This document shows positions 39,268 to 51,843 of a stretch of DNA of 64,000 nucleotides, in pieces. A program made the translations under genes and the position numbers. The notes under the pieces are model-generated. The model saw nothing but the letters and a program-made list of their open reading frames with translations. It was not told the DNA's origin and searched no databases. The stretch is from Octopus bimaculoides (lineage: Eukaryota), in contig NC_068989.1 of NCBI RefSeq assembly GCF_001194135.2, positions 3,397,890 to 3,461,889 of the forward strand, read 5' to 3'. Position 1 is the first letter of the stretch; every line of letters begins with the position of its first letter.

Positions 39268-39904
39268 ATGATGGCAGTAGCATAAGAAAAAGAAAGTTTT
39301 TGCTGGGCGTTTCTAAGAATCAAAAATTAAATCCAAGAACTCGCCAGCGGCACTTCCTTGCTTTTCATACAATGACCTAGTTTGTTATATATTTAGAACA
39401 AACATACTTGTGTGTGTGTGTGTACACACACACACACACACACACACACGTATTTATGCATGCATGTATGTGTATGTGGAATATAATCAAAATTAACAAT
39501 ATGATAAAAAAAATAAATTTGCACTCTCATGGGTGTATATAACAGAATTAAAGGGTGTTCTTTTTGTTGCTTATCCCCAGGTTAACTAAGATTGAGCAGA
39601 ACCAGGAGTTTTTACATGGTCTATGTACACCAAAGACAACATTGTTTAAAGTGTCTGCCTCCTCTCTTAAGACAGTAGGGTGTAATTTGAGGGAGGCTTG
39701 CCAACTATTGCTAAAATAGATTTTCCATGTTAGTTAAAAGTCACATGATAATTTTAACAGGGATAAATAGATACACCTAAGAAAGGTAAAAGAAAATTAA
39801 AAAAACAACTATAATCTAAAATGTAAATAATTCTAATTTTTAGGACAAGGCCAGGAATTTTAAAGGGAGTGTGAAGTTAATGACATCAATTCAAATGTAT
39901 ATAT

Positions 39905-40200
39905 GAATAAAGAAAGAAAAAAACTTGTTCAATCATAGAAATTGCAGGTCCGGATGATGACAGATTATCAGAAAGAGAAGACAAGTGAGACATGATTTGA
40001 AATGGGAAATTAAAATACTGGGATCGTTGAAGAAGTTGAGTGTTATATATCAGTTTTTATTTGAGCCCTGGGTACAATAAGTATGAAGGTCACAGACTAA
40101 ATTGAAAAGATAGGGGTAAATGTGAAGATAGAGCAATCTACAGCGAACAGTGTTGCTTGGAACTGCACATACCATCCACAGAATTCTTGAAATCTGAATG
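39905..40200 (+). pseudogene. Second R4/Dong-type endonuclease 3' fragment
   Basis: KEKKTCSIIEIAGPDD...KWEIK...ALGTIS...EKIGVNVKIEQ / LQRTVLLGTAHTIHRILEI*. Confidence 0.75.
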
Positions 40201-41321
40201 AAGAATGTAACCCTCAGTCCAGTGATTGCAGATAGATGATACTTTGTCGCATTCTCCAGCAAAGTTGCTGTGTTGTACAAGATAAAATATTAATCATAAG
40301 GATTATGTTACTTTGTCACAAAATCACAGAGAAAGGGGTGTATTACATGAGTAATTTATAAATACTGGGGAGTTTCCACAGAATCAATTATATTAATAAA
40401 AAGAATCCAGCATAGAAAACTAAAACATATAAAAAAAGCAGCGGCGGGGCGGACTGTGTAAGGACCAATCAAGGAGCTACTCACATCAAGGGTTATACTA
40501 CCAAGAGCAAGTGCCCCTTCCAAATGTGTTCTTTGAGGCATGGCATATGCTGAGAGCAAACCCATTCACCTGAACTGATCCACCTTTCAGCAAATCACTT
40601 CTCTATTGGTGCCAACATAAAAAGCACCCAATACCCTCTGTAAAGTGATTGGCATTAGGAAGGGCATCCACCCATAGAAACCTTGTGGAAACAGACAATT
40701 AGACATTGGTGCAGCTCTCCATCTTGCCAGCTCCTGTCAATCCATCTAACCCAAGCCAGCACGGAAAAACAGATGTTAAATGATGATGATGATTTGTAAT
40801 AACAATAATAATATAATATTTATAATGATAATTTCAAACAGAAACACATGACTACAAGTTTTTAGTGAGGAGCTATATTATCACCATCATCATTTTACAT
40901 CCATCTTTTCATGGTACAATACCAATGCATTCATTACCTAACATAAATTACTTTTATTGTTTTGGCAAGTGATCCAGCTATTTACAACATATCTGTGTCC
41001 GTTATCCATGTAATTAACTCATAAATACATCTGTTAGAGCACTGGACTGAGACTCCTTATTGTCTGGTGAAAACGGCTTTTTTGATAATGTTTATGGAAA
41101 TCATTTAAAAGAACAAATATATATTTCTATAGAACACAGCATAATTCAGAATACCCAGAATGTGTGTAATGTGGACAACTCTGCAGTTATTTCTTTGAAA
41201 GCTTTTAGCTGCAAAGACTGAAATGATGTGAAAACATCATTTTGTTCTTGAATGTATTTCACTAGAATTATTATATGTTTACAAAGGCAGATAGACATTG
41301 ACAGCTTACAAACCATGCTAC

Positions 41322-41364
41322 TCCAGACTGATGATGAGCAATGACTCAGAAACTAGTCTCTGGA
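41322..41364 (+). ncRNA. Minimal type I hammerhead ribozyme motif, canonical core
   Basis: tccaga-CTGATGA-tgag-caatga-ctca-GAA-A-CTAG-T-C-tctgga: 6-bp stem I, 4-bp stem II, palindromic ACUAGU helix III, GUC triplet with predicted cleavage after 41358. Confidence 0.8.
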
Positions 41365-41469
41365 TGCTGGGTTAGCTGGAGGTGCTTCTCTCCCCCTTTG
41401 AGGTTGTTTTTAGATTTCTATGTTTGGAATAGATGTAGGTGTGAATATGTGGTAAGAAGTACCATTCAA

Positions 41470-41695
41470 GTGTGGTCACTGCCAGTGTTGTCTGATTGGC
41501 CCTCATGCCTGTGGCATGTAAAAAGCATCCACTACATTCTCGGAGTGGTTGGCATTAGGAAGAGCATCCAGCTGTAGAAACCTTGCCAGATCAGATTGGA
41601 GCTTGGTGCAGCCTTCTGGCTTGCCAGTCCTCAGTCAAACCGTCCAACCCATACCAGCATGGAAAGCAGATGTTAAACGACGATGATGATGATGA
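41470..41695 (+). mobile_element. Family A element
   Basis: Shared body and tail. Confidence 0.85.
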
Positions 41696-42053
41696 TACAT
41701 ATATATATATATATACATTTATCAATTTATGTTGCAAGATTCCTGATGTGAAAGCATGTGTTGAAACAGATATTGTTGTATTTCAGGATGGTCATTAAAA
41801 AATTTTTTTTTGTTTTTTTGCTTAATAAACACACACACTATATATTTGTTCTCCACTTGTTTATTACTGTTCTTATTCTAACTCATGTCCACTGTCTGGA
41901 AATCTTTTGTCACACACCTGTGACCTGTTCAGCGACACTTTCTGTCCTCGTGTGTGCTCTTGCTCCACTTACTACATTCTGCTCTTCTATGATATGTATC
42001 CTTATGTGCACATGCATTTGTATCCGTTGTGTGTGTGTGTGTGTGTGTGTGCT

Positions 42054-42084
<31 letters not shown>

Positions 42085-43007
42085 GAAATCTTGAATTTAG
42101 TTCACACACCCCCAGTACTACCTTTTCAGACTAATCATAGCCTGGAGTGGATTTTCTTGTAAACAGACATAACATAACTTATTTTTTTAATCTAAATATT
42201 TATTTCCAGAAATAGACTCTTATTGCTCAGAGTTTAATATGTACTGTTGTTGATGCTACATTTTAAAAGTCAAAAGTAATTTTAAAATTTCCCAATGTCT
42301 TCCAGTGAGTTTGTTACAACCAGTACACCATACACATACCATATAATTTGGCATCATTTTATTCTCTCTTATAACAATATAGAACAACATGATATTATGC
42401 CCTAAGGGAGAACCCATGGTTACTCCATTTTTTGTTTATATAATTTACTTAGTGGACAGCGAAAGATGCCCAATACATTTATAAGTTCTTCAATGTTAGC
42501 AGGTATCATGGGTAGTTTTGCTCAAAGGCATTTCTAGATATTTTAGAAAAGAAAACCAATGAAGGAAAGGAAAAAAAAAAAAACAACCTCTTAGATGGTA
42601 ATGTGTCTTTTGAAGAAATGGAAAAATTATCCAAATAGAAAAGATCTGGATGAAGAGAAAAGCAGAATGTGGAAACTGGAGAGAGATGCATAATTAGGAA
42701 GTGCCCTGGGAAATACGTTACCACAACACCAAGAGTTACGAACATATGCAAGATGCAGAAAATAGAACTGCTATGTGCTGCACAAACATTGCATAGAGTA
42801 CTCTCGATATAATAGGAAATAAACAAAACTGAAAAAACACATATCCAAGGCCCATAGAGCTGCACTTAGTAATGCAGTGAAAGCAGGCAACAACACTACT
42901 ACTACTACTACTACTACTAATAATAATAATAATAATAAAAATAATCATAAAAATAATCATAATTATAATAAAAATAATAATAATAATAATAATGATGATG
43001 ATGATTT

Positions 43008-43230
43008 CAATAACTGTTTCAAATTTTGGTACAAGACGAGGAATTTTGAGGGAAGGATTAAGGTTGATGACATCGACCCCAGTCCCTAACTGTTACTTTA
43101 TCTGAGTGACCCTGAAAGGGTAAGAGGCAAAGATGACTTCAGCAAGATTTGAACTCAGTATGTCAAGTGACGGAATAAATGCTGCGAAGCAAGTTTTCCA
43201 ATGCTCCAATGATTTTGTCAGCTAACAGTC

Positions 43231-43235
<5 letters not shown>
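43008..43235 (-). mobile_element. Family C SINE between (TAA)n tracts
   Basis: aaattttggtacaag...gatttgaactcag. Confidence 0.75.
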
Positions 43236-43300
<65 letters not shown>

Positions 43301-43405
43301 CAACAACAACCACAAAATTATTAACATTCTTTTTCTTACAATGTCATGTGTTGTGTAGGTCTTTCAAACAACAGGTTGCTACTTAGCTCACTCTTTTCAC
43401 ATATA

Positions 43406-43447
<42 letters not shown>

Positions 43448-43449
43448 CA

Positions 43450-43815
43450 TAAATATACACATTTTCATGAGGAAATCAGACCATCTTCCTCACAGCTTCC
43501 ACTTACATGACTCACCTACTTGAACGAAATCACATGCCACTTTCCCACTCATAGCACATTGTCCATTTTCATTGCTAGCCCAAACAATCACAGGCATCTC
43601 TCCCGTACACAATGGTTGATGACTTTCATGCCTAGCCATTCTATTGGATTACTTGTGTGTGCTCCATCTATTGTGCATGTTAGCATTCCACATCATAAAT
43701 ATAATACTTATTTCATTTCTATCCACATCACTCACATTCAGTACTCAAGTTTCAACCACCAAGCAGGAACACATTCTCATACTGCATCTGTACACAAAGA
43801 TTTCACAAGAGAACC
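43450..43815 (-). pseudogene. Degenerate RTE LINE ORF2 C-terminal fragment
   Basis: Minus frames give VET*VLNVSDVDRNE and WLGMKVINHCVRERCL*LFGLAMKMD, matching the RTE SETW..../ERRLRWFGHVMRMD region. Confidence 0.6.
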
Positions 43816-44449
43816 TCTATGCAGCAGCTCAATCTGCTGAAAATAGCAACGCTGTCTTAAAATAAGATCGCCTAACTGTTGTAGTGAAATGGTACACCCC
43901 TTCCCACATGGCAAAGTGGTATGACCCAGCCACTATAAAGTCAGAGGTCAGTCAGTAATGGTAGAGTCGTACGAGTTTCTTAGTTGGAACCAGTATCAGT
44001 TACATGTGATATACAAGTTCAAGTTAATGTCAAGGTAGACGTTTCACAGTCATTGTCGTGTGGAGCTATCAGCAATAGCACGATAGATGAATCAAAGATA
44101 ATTGACTTGGAATACCGCCACAGCATAATAATGGCAATAAGAATATACAGAACTGATGACAACTTACAAGTGGATGAGGATCCACATTATAACAGTAACA
44201 TGGTCTCAGATTCTAGATTAAGTACTGGGGAGCATATGATTAAGTAACTCCTGTTCCTAAGTTTCCCTGTCTTGTGCCAAATGGATCATTTTTAAAATGA
44301 CATTGTTGGATGTGTATGAGAGGCCAGATTTGGTCAGTTTGAACATAAAGCAGAATATTTTGGGCCAGATATGGCCATTTTAAACCTTTAGTATTTCAAT
44401 TAGCCATATCCAACCTAAATATTCTACTCATAATTGTTGATCATTGTCA

Positions 44450-44840
44450 TCATCATCATCGTTTAACATCCACTTTCCATGCTGGCATGGGTTGGACGGT
44501 TTGACTGAGGACTGGTGAGCCAGAAGGCTGCACCAGTCTCCAAGCTGATCTGGCAAAGTTTCTACAGCTGGATGCCTTTCCTAACACCAACAACTCCAAG
44601 AGTGTAGTGGGTGCTTTTACATGCCAGTCAGGTGGCACTGGCATTGGCCACACTCAAATGGTGCTTTTTATGTGCTACCTGCATAGGAGCCAGTCCGGTA
44701 GCACTGGCAACGACCACACTCAAATGGTGCTTTATTTTACATGCCACTGGCACAGGAGCCAGTCAGCGGCCCTGGCAACAATCACACTCAAATGGTGCTT
44801 TTAACATTCCACTGGCACAGGTGCCAATCAGGCAGTACTG
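44450..44840 (-). mobile_element. Family A element with about 4 internal units
   Basis: Repeated cacactcaaatggtgctttt. Confidence 0.85.
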
Positions 44841-45324
44841 ATTGACCAGGCTACTAAATGTCATTATACAATGCCACTTCACATCATTTTAGCTTCTGAT
44901 GCCACTCCTTTGACTTGGCAAAAAGGCCAACATTCTCATTTACAGCTGAGTAGAGTGGAACAACATGAAATAAAGTGTTTTACTCAAGAACACAACTCAC
45001 AGCTGGCCTGAGAGTTGAAACTACACTCTCACAGTTATGAGTGAGGCACACCAAACCACCATGTGCCTTCACTTATTGTATATATTCAAGTATAATACAC
45101 AGAGTTTTAAATCCCAAAATTTGGTGTGTGCACTATACACAGAGACTAAATGTACCTACTTTCCAGTTCAATGTGTTTGGCCATATTTGGGATGGCATAA
45201 CTGAAACTAGGTTATATCTATGGTCTATGCTAACAGATGCGTAACAGAGGGCTTGAAATATTTTAAGGAAGGATAGGAAAACATTAGATTTATCAGCCCT
45301 AAAATTCACTCCATAATTGCCCAT

Positions 45325-45420
45325 GGGCATATGGCATAGTGGTTCAGAGTGCAGGCTACTAACCCCAGGATTCCAAGTTCCACTCCAGGCAGTGACCTGA
45401 ACAGCAACAGCAACAACAAT
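45325..45420 (+). mobile_element. Family D SINE head only
   Basis: gggcatatggcatagtggttcagagtgcaggctactaaccccaggattccaagttccactccaggcagtgacctgaac. Confidence 0.75.
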
Positions 45421-46046
45421 TTTGTGTTTCAAAACCCACCTAATCTAACATCACCTTCTGGCACAGGGTTCTAGACCCCCCCCCCACACACACACTTCCT
45501 TCACTGTTCATGTTGATGGTGTTGTTGATTCCAGGCCAGTCCTAATCAAGCAATAACTCTATGATCAAAGACATTCCTGCCATGACCAACATGTTTCTTG
45601 TTGTGTATCCATGATTACATTATCCACAACAGTCATCCTCTTTTTAAGGTGATAGTGCATGATTTGAGGAAATTTGGCTGCTATTTCTGACAGGAAGAGT
45701 AATCCCATAAAGGCTCCGCATCACCAGTCAGGGACGACCCACCTCTCCCCCTTCAACATGAAACAAAAATACACAAAATCCTGTTTGTTTGCTTTGTTGA
45801 CTGCACATTCCTCTCTTACTTCATGGTTGAATGGTCAAGTTTTTTTTGTTTACAAAAAAAAAATACCTATGTAACTGTAAAATATTTGTGGCTGAATAGT
45901 CAAGAGGCTAAATTGTTAGACCATTATTGTCACTAAATCAGATCGAATCACAACCTTTCTATTATGTCTGTAGACAAGGAAGGGAATCCAATTTCATTCT
46001 CTATGTCTAACCAAGAGCAAAGTGTCACTCATATTTCAAATTTCGA

Positions 46047-46440
46047 CTCTCTTACTCTTTTACTTGTTTCAGTCATTTGACTGTGGCCATGCTGGAGCAC
46101 CACCTTTAGTCGAGCAAATCGACCCCGGGACTTATTCTTTGTAAGCCTAGTACTTATTCTATCGGTCTCTCTTGCCGAACCACTAAGTTACGGGGACCTA
46201 AACACACCAGCATCGGTTGTCAAGCGATGGTGGGGGAACAAACACAGACACAGAAACACACATACATATATATATATATATATACATATATACGACAGGC
46301 TTCTTTCAGTTTCCGTCTACCAAATCCACTCACAAGGCTTTGGTCGGCCCGAGGCTATAGTAAAAAACACTTGCCCAAGATGCCATGCAGTGGGACTGAA
46401 CCCGGAACCATGTGGTTGGTAAGCAAGCTACTTACCACAC
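46047..46440 (-). mobile_element. Young full-length family B SINE
   Basis: Retains many CpGs; B-box-like GGTTCAGTCCC at 46392-46402 (-). Confidence 0.9.
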
Positions 46441-47247
46441 TGCTTTCACATTATGCAACAAATCTTTTAAGCTTTTACTGTTTTTTTTTGTTTCTCCCAG
46501 TTATTGGACAGTATCCATGATGGATCACTATCTTCAAGGCTTTTGCACCAATTATATTGCACTCCCCCTACTTTTATCAATTTACTAACGAGAAAAAGGC
46601 AAGTTCAACTTATAAAGGAGCAAAACAACACCTGACTAAAGTATCACATTATACATGTCTGTGGCACCACTTTTACTATTCCATGTCAACAGACGCGCGC
46701 GTGTGTGTGTGTTAGTCATGTGATGAGCCTCTACATAGTTTCCATCAACGTTTCCACTCAAGTGGGTCAGGTTGATCCAAGGCTATGGTAGAAAACATTT
46801 GTTGCCAAAGATATACAGTGGGATGGAACCTGGGCTGTGTAGTTGCCAAACAAGCTTCTTAACCATACAGCTGTACCTACATCCATCTGTGATTGGAGAA
46901 AATGCAGTAAATAAGCAAAGATAAAGCAACTCCAGCCATGCCCTCCTAACTGAGAACAAATGGATGAAAAAGAAGAAAGGCAATCAGACATAATAACGTC
47001 ATTTAGAAACATTGAGAGACGTGAAATAATTTGTTTTTAATGATGGAACTCGAAGTAGATAAAGCTATAATAAAGTGTAAGTATTGGTCAGTTTTTGGTT
47101 TCTTCTATCCAAAGGACTTTTTAACCAAATATTTACACTCTATTATTTATAGCATTATCTGCTTCGAGCTCCACAATTAAAAGCAAATTAATTCAGGTAG
47201 GTATTTTTTTTTCTCTCTCAGAGATTTAGAAGGAAATATATAAATAC

Positions 47248-47391
47248 CTTAGCCACGGATTCATTGTAAGAGCGGCAAGACTTCTGCGAGGGGTACAATA
47301 GTTTCCTTAACGGCTTCGGAATCACTGTGTGTCGCAGTTTGCGGCGATTGTTCAACCGATGACAGTGCTTACAGAACTTGCAGTGGTTCAT
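47248..47391 (-). CDS. Candidate first coding exon of an unidentified host gene (MNHCKFCKHCHRLNNRRKLRHTVIPKPLRKLLYPSQKSCRSYNESVAK)
   Basis: 174-bp exon 47248-47421 with a long polypyrimidine tract and AG acceptor, AAG|gtattt donor, in-frame upstream TAA then ATG, 48 codons ending in phase 0, CpG-rich unique sequence. No homology recognised. Confidence 0.4.
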
Positions 47392-47636
47392 TTGTGCTAG
47401 CAGTTAGGGGAGTGGAAGGGTCTTTCAAATCAAAACATAAATCAAGAAAATAAATGAGAAAAACAACAAAACTAAAAAGAAACTAAAAAAAAAAAAAAAG
47501 ACTCAGAAATTACTGAAAAACTTTCACTGGAGATGGGCAAAGGGTGTAATTATTATCAACATTATCATTATCATCATTATGATTATAATAATTATCATTA
47601 ACAAATTTTTTTCTTGCTTTCTAATAATTTACTTAC

Positions 47637-47880
47637 AGGTAATTCTTTGAATGCTGTAATAACTCGTCTGTTTATAAAGAACATACGACTCTTACATCTG
47701 TTTACTCCACGAATTGCGTGTACAGTTCTTAATCCAAAAGGCATAATCCGAATGGCACAAAAAATTGCAGAATAAAGAGGGAAGGGAATGTGAGAATAAG
47801 GAATGGTTGGAAGGAGCAAGGATTTTGAAGATATTCCAATAGAAAACGTCACAACAAAGCACAGAAGTGTTTATTACAAC
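47637..47880 (-). other. Candidate upstream non-coding exon of the same gene (5' limit unknown)
   Basis: GTAAGT donor at 47636-47631 (-) would give a 215-nt intron to the acceptor at 47422; the same site also resembles a plus-strand acceptor. Confidence 0.3.
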
Positions 47881-48639
47881 TCTCCTTAGATGTTTTGCTT
47901 TGTAATCATATGTTGCAGTTGTTAGGGGCCGTTATTGGGCCTTTCCAAAACTCAATTTCTTGTTTTTCTTTTTTCTTTTCCTTTAGAAGTGAAATGATGT
48001 TGCTCTTGGACTTCCAGATGCAGTCTGCAATTCGTTGACACGTGTTTGTGTGTGATGGCGGTAAATTGGACTTTCGGTTTGTTGCTCTTTAAACTGTAAT
48101 CTCTAGAGTCGATGAAATTTCCACACATACAACAAGAACAACAACAATAATGATTGTAATATTCAGACAGAGACTGAATATTTTGTTTGTTTGAGGTGTT
48201 TGTATTTTGTTTATAATAATTTGTGCGTATCTGTTTGTTTTAGAGAAACAGACAAACAGACAGACAAGGAAAGACAGAGAAAGATTCACAATTTTTTTCT
48301 TCCTATTTTATTCTTTTAGAATTTAACACTTATATCCAATATATTCTCTCTCTGTATGTACGTATATGCATGAGGTGTGTGTGTGTGTTTCCTATTATAC
48401 ATTTTTTTACTAAGTATTTATTTTCCAGCTGTAAGTTTTGAAATTATTGTTTCGTTGTTATTTTTAGATAAAATTTTGCTCCAAATGTAAGCATGGTGTG
48501 TATGTCTGTATGTCAGAGAGTGCATCTATGTATTGATAATAACAAGAACTAAGGATTTTATGTGTGTGTGTAAAATGGTCAAAATTTTAGTTTTCCTTTA
48601 GTAAATTTTATTGTTATTAATTGCATGCATTAGACTTTA

Positions 48640-48667
48640 CAAAAGAGAGAGAGAGAGAGAGAGAGTT

Positions 48668-48730
<63 letters not shown>

Positions 48731-48780
48731 GAGAGAGAGAGAGAGAGAGTGGAGAGAGACAGAAAGAGGGGGTGAGAGAA
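48640..48780. repeat. (GA)n microsatellite
   Basis: Direct reading. Confidence 0.95.
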
Positions 48781-49825
48781 AACTATTCTGACACAGATAT
48801 TTCAGTTCCTGTCCTAGACACTTATTCCACTTAAGGAACTACTTCTAAAGACACAGATATTAACAATGATATTATTGCTGACGTTGAGGATGATGATGAT
48901 GATGGTGATGATGAAACAAAAAACTGTTGATCGGTTTTTCTCTTTCTTTATGTGTGTGTGTGTGTGTTAACAAGAGGGCAAATATGGATTGAAAGGTTAG
49001 TGTTAGTTTGGAATAAGTTTGATAGGGTCAGCAGACATCAATATAAGAGGTGATCAACTCTTAGAAAAGGTGGGAGAAGAGAGAGAGGGAGAAGAGAGAG
49101 AGGGAGAGAGAGAGAGAGAGAGAGAAATAAAGTGCTTTTTAAAATGTAGAATATGAACAAAAAATAAAATTAAAAAGAAAAGAATAACTAAAATAAAATT
49201 GTCAGATCAGCCTCAACAAGATAGAAAATAGATAAATAAATTAAGAGGAGACAGCGTATCAGTGATCAGGTCTTAAATATATGATTTAAAAGTGTTTGAT
49301 ATACAGCTATGTATATACTACTGAAAAGTAACAAAAGGGAACTGGCTAATAGTACATGTGCCTTCTGAATAACCAATATGGCTCTACCATGATGTAAATA
49401 TACAAATCTAATTTGTTTGTTTTTCGAAGTTTAAGCTACAGAAAACAAATTAAATTATCAAAGAAAAGTGCAAAATAAGTAAATTTCCTGTATTTTTTTA
49501 ATGCAAAAATCCTAATATAAAATGTGAAGATTATAGATAACAAACTTATTCCCAGTACAATAAACCTAATCATATACGTGTGTGTGTGTGTGTAGGTAGA
49601 GGAAGAGGCTTAAATTGCTCAGATTAGCAGTTCAATGAATAATGATACCGATCACATAAGAAAGCCAAGCAGTTTGTTCAGGTCTTAAAACTCACTTCAT
49701 GTATTTTACGCAGAGAAGCGATGATGCATGTGACACATTAAAATGGTAGGTTAGTGAATTTCTAATATAATGAACTTATGCTATGCTTTTTTTCACAGTT
49801 TCTGACTAAATATATTATATGTACA

Positions 49826-50372
49826 GGTGCAGGCATGGCTGTGTGGTCAAGAAATTCACTTTGCGACCATGTGGTTTTGGGTTCAGTCCCACTACATGAC
49901 ACATCTTGGACAAATGTCTTCTATTATAGCCCTAGACCAACCAATAGTTTTGTGAGAAAATTTGGTAGATGGAAACTGTGCAGAAGCTTGTCATATGTGT
50001 GTAGGGGATCTAGCTGTAAAAACCATGCCAAAACAGAAAATGGAACCTGGTGCTGCCCCTGGCCTTGCCAGCTCCGGTCAAGTCATCCAACCCATGCCAG
50101 CATAGAAAACAAATGTTGAAAGATGATAATGATGTGTTTGTCTTTGTGTTTATGTTGTTTGTTCCCACCACTGCCTCACAGCCGGTGTTAGTTTGATCCC
50201 ATCCCTTTAAGTTAGTGTTTCAGCAAGAGACGCTAATAAAATTAGTATCAGACGAAAAAGGAAAAAACAAAAACTACTGGGGTCGATTTGTTTGACTAAA
50301 ACCCTTCAGAGTAGTGCCCCAGCATGGCCACAATCCAATGACAGAAACAAGTAAAGGATTAGAGATTAAACA
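49826..50372 (+). mobile_element. Family B SINE with a family A tail fragment nested in its central microsatellite
   Basis: B head 49826-49995, A-type segment about 50005-50130, B tail to 50372. Confidence 0.75.
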
Positions 50373-51045
50373 GTTTTATAAATATCTTTATATTTCATCC
50401 AAGGATAACTAAAAGAGTGCCAAAGAATGAAACCTGAGTCGTGACTAAAATTTCAGTTTTGAACCAAGTAGAGGAACCAACTAGAATCCAAATATTGTAA
50501 CATAAACCTCGTTTGAAGTAACGGACGTTAGATTAGACAGTTTGGTTTCAAAAACAAATAAATGCATTCAGCCTCAAGGTTATTTAAATTCTGATAAATG
50601 CTATTTCTCCTTGTGATAATGATAATTTGAGTGAATGAATGGTATGTTAGTTTGGTGACTGCGAAAATTTACATCTAAATGAATAAACAAGTACATCATG
50701 AAACAGCAATTTCCACAAATTATTATTATTATTATTATTATTATTAATATTACTAGGGCTGTATTTTTTGTTATTATTATTATTACTATGGTTGTTTTTT
50801 GTTGTTGTTATTATTATTATTAATATTACTATAATTCAAATTCTGCCAAGGTCAACTTAGCCTTTCCTCTTTTCAGGATCAATGAAACAGGTACCAGTTG
50901 AGTACTGGGGGGATAATATAATCAACTAGCCACCGCCCCCAAAATTTCAGGTTTTGTGCCAATAATAGAAAAGATTATTATTATTATTATTATTATTATT
51001 ATGGCTGTTTTTTGTTATTACTGCAATGGCTGTTTTTGTTGTTGC

Positions 51046-51084
<39 letters not shown>

Positions 51085-51443
51085 TGTTGTTATTATCAAA
51101 TATTATTACTATTATTATTAGTAGTAGTAACAAAGTGTTATACACTTCCCCATTATATCCCCTAACTTACCATGGGCAACTAAAGTAGTAGTAGTAGTAG
51201 TCTATAGACTCAATTAGAATTGGCCTCAGGGTAATTATTATATTTTCCCTATCATCGCTTTAACACCAAAGCCAATAAATTTTGTACCAGTAATGTGCTC
51301 AGGGTTGCTTCAAAATCAGATTATAACTTACAAAGAAAACTTGTTTCCAAGTTCAAAAGAAATAACCATCATCATCAACATCAACATCGTTATCATTATC
51401 ACAGCATTTTTGTTAAAGGATGAAGCAGGAGATTAGTGTTTCT

Positions 51444-51457
51444 GTTTCCATGGCAAC
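51444..51457. promoter_or_regulatory. RFX X-box
   Basis: GTTTCCATGGCAAC, a near-perfect match to the palindromic GTTNCCATGGNAAC consensus. Confidence 0.5.
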
Positions 51458-51584
51458 TGCTTACATTCTGTGGTGAAACAAACCCAGAAATTAGTAAAAA
51501 TTGTTAAAAGGAATAAGAAGAAGCAGAAGAAGAAGAACAACAACAGCAACCACGACAACAGCAACCACGACAACAGCTGTAATT

Positions 51585-51735
51585 GTATCTGTAGCCCAGT
51601 GGATAAAAAAAGTTGCGAACTTCAGTTTAGAAACGAAGGTACCTGGTTCAAATCCAGTCACACACCATAACAAATAGCCAGGAATAAGGCACCTGATGAC
51701 GATCAAACTGATTTATTGGACGAAAATATTGTAAA
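51585..51735 (+). mobile_element. tRNA-like head followed by a degenerate hammerhead-like motif (second SINE-like family)
   Basis: A box TAGCCCAGTGG 51592-51602, B box GGTTCAAATCC 51645-51655, acceptor stem 5/7 pairs, CACCA end; CTGATGA 51693-51699 ... GAAA 51722-51725. Confidence 0.55.
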
Positions 51736-51811
51736 TATATATTCTGTGAAAATGTGATTAATAGTTCATAAAATAATACACTTATTAACAACAACAACAA
51801 CAACAATAACA

Positions 51812-51843
<32 letters not shown>

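Noticed and set aside
44038-44082. CTGATAG...GAAACGTC on the minus strand
   Set aside because: The core lacks G8-A9 and neither stem I nor stem II pairs convincingly.
43984-44247. 87-aa ORF in non-repetitive sequence
   Set aside because: Starts at TTG, has no recognisable motif and no flanking splice signals; length is within chance expectation.
44620-44830. Regularly spaced repeats resembling a CRISPR array
   Set aside because: Eukaryotic context, spacers are homologous to one another and there are no cas genes; these are family A internal tandem units.
45857-45866. Possible 8-nt minus-strand micro-exon (ttttacag TTACATAG gtattt)
   Set aside because: Splice-like motifs of this strength are common in AT-rich introns and it is not frame-preserving; no support without RNA data.
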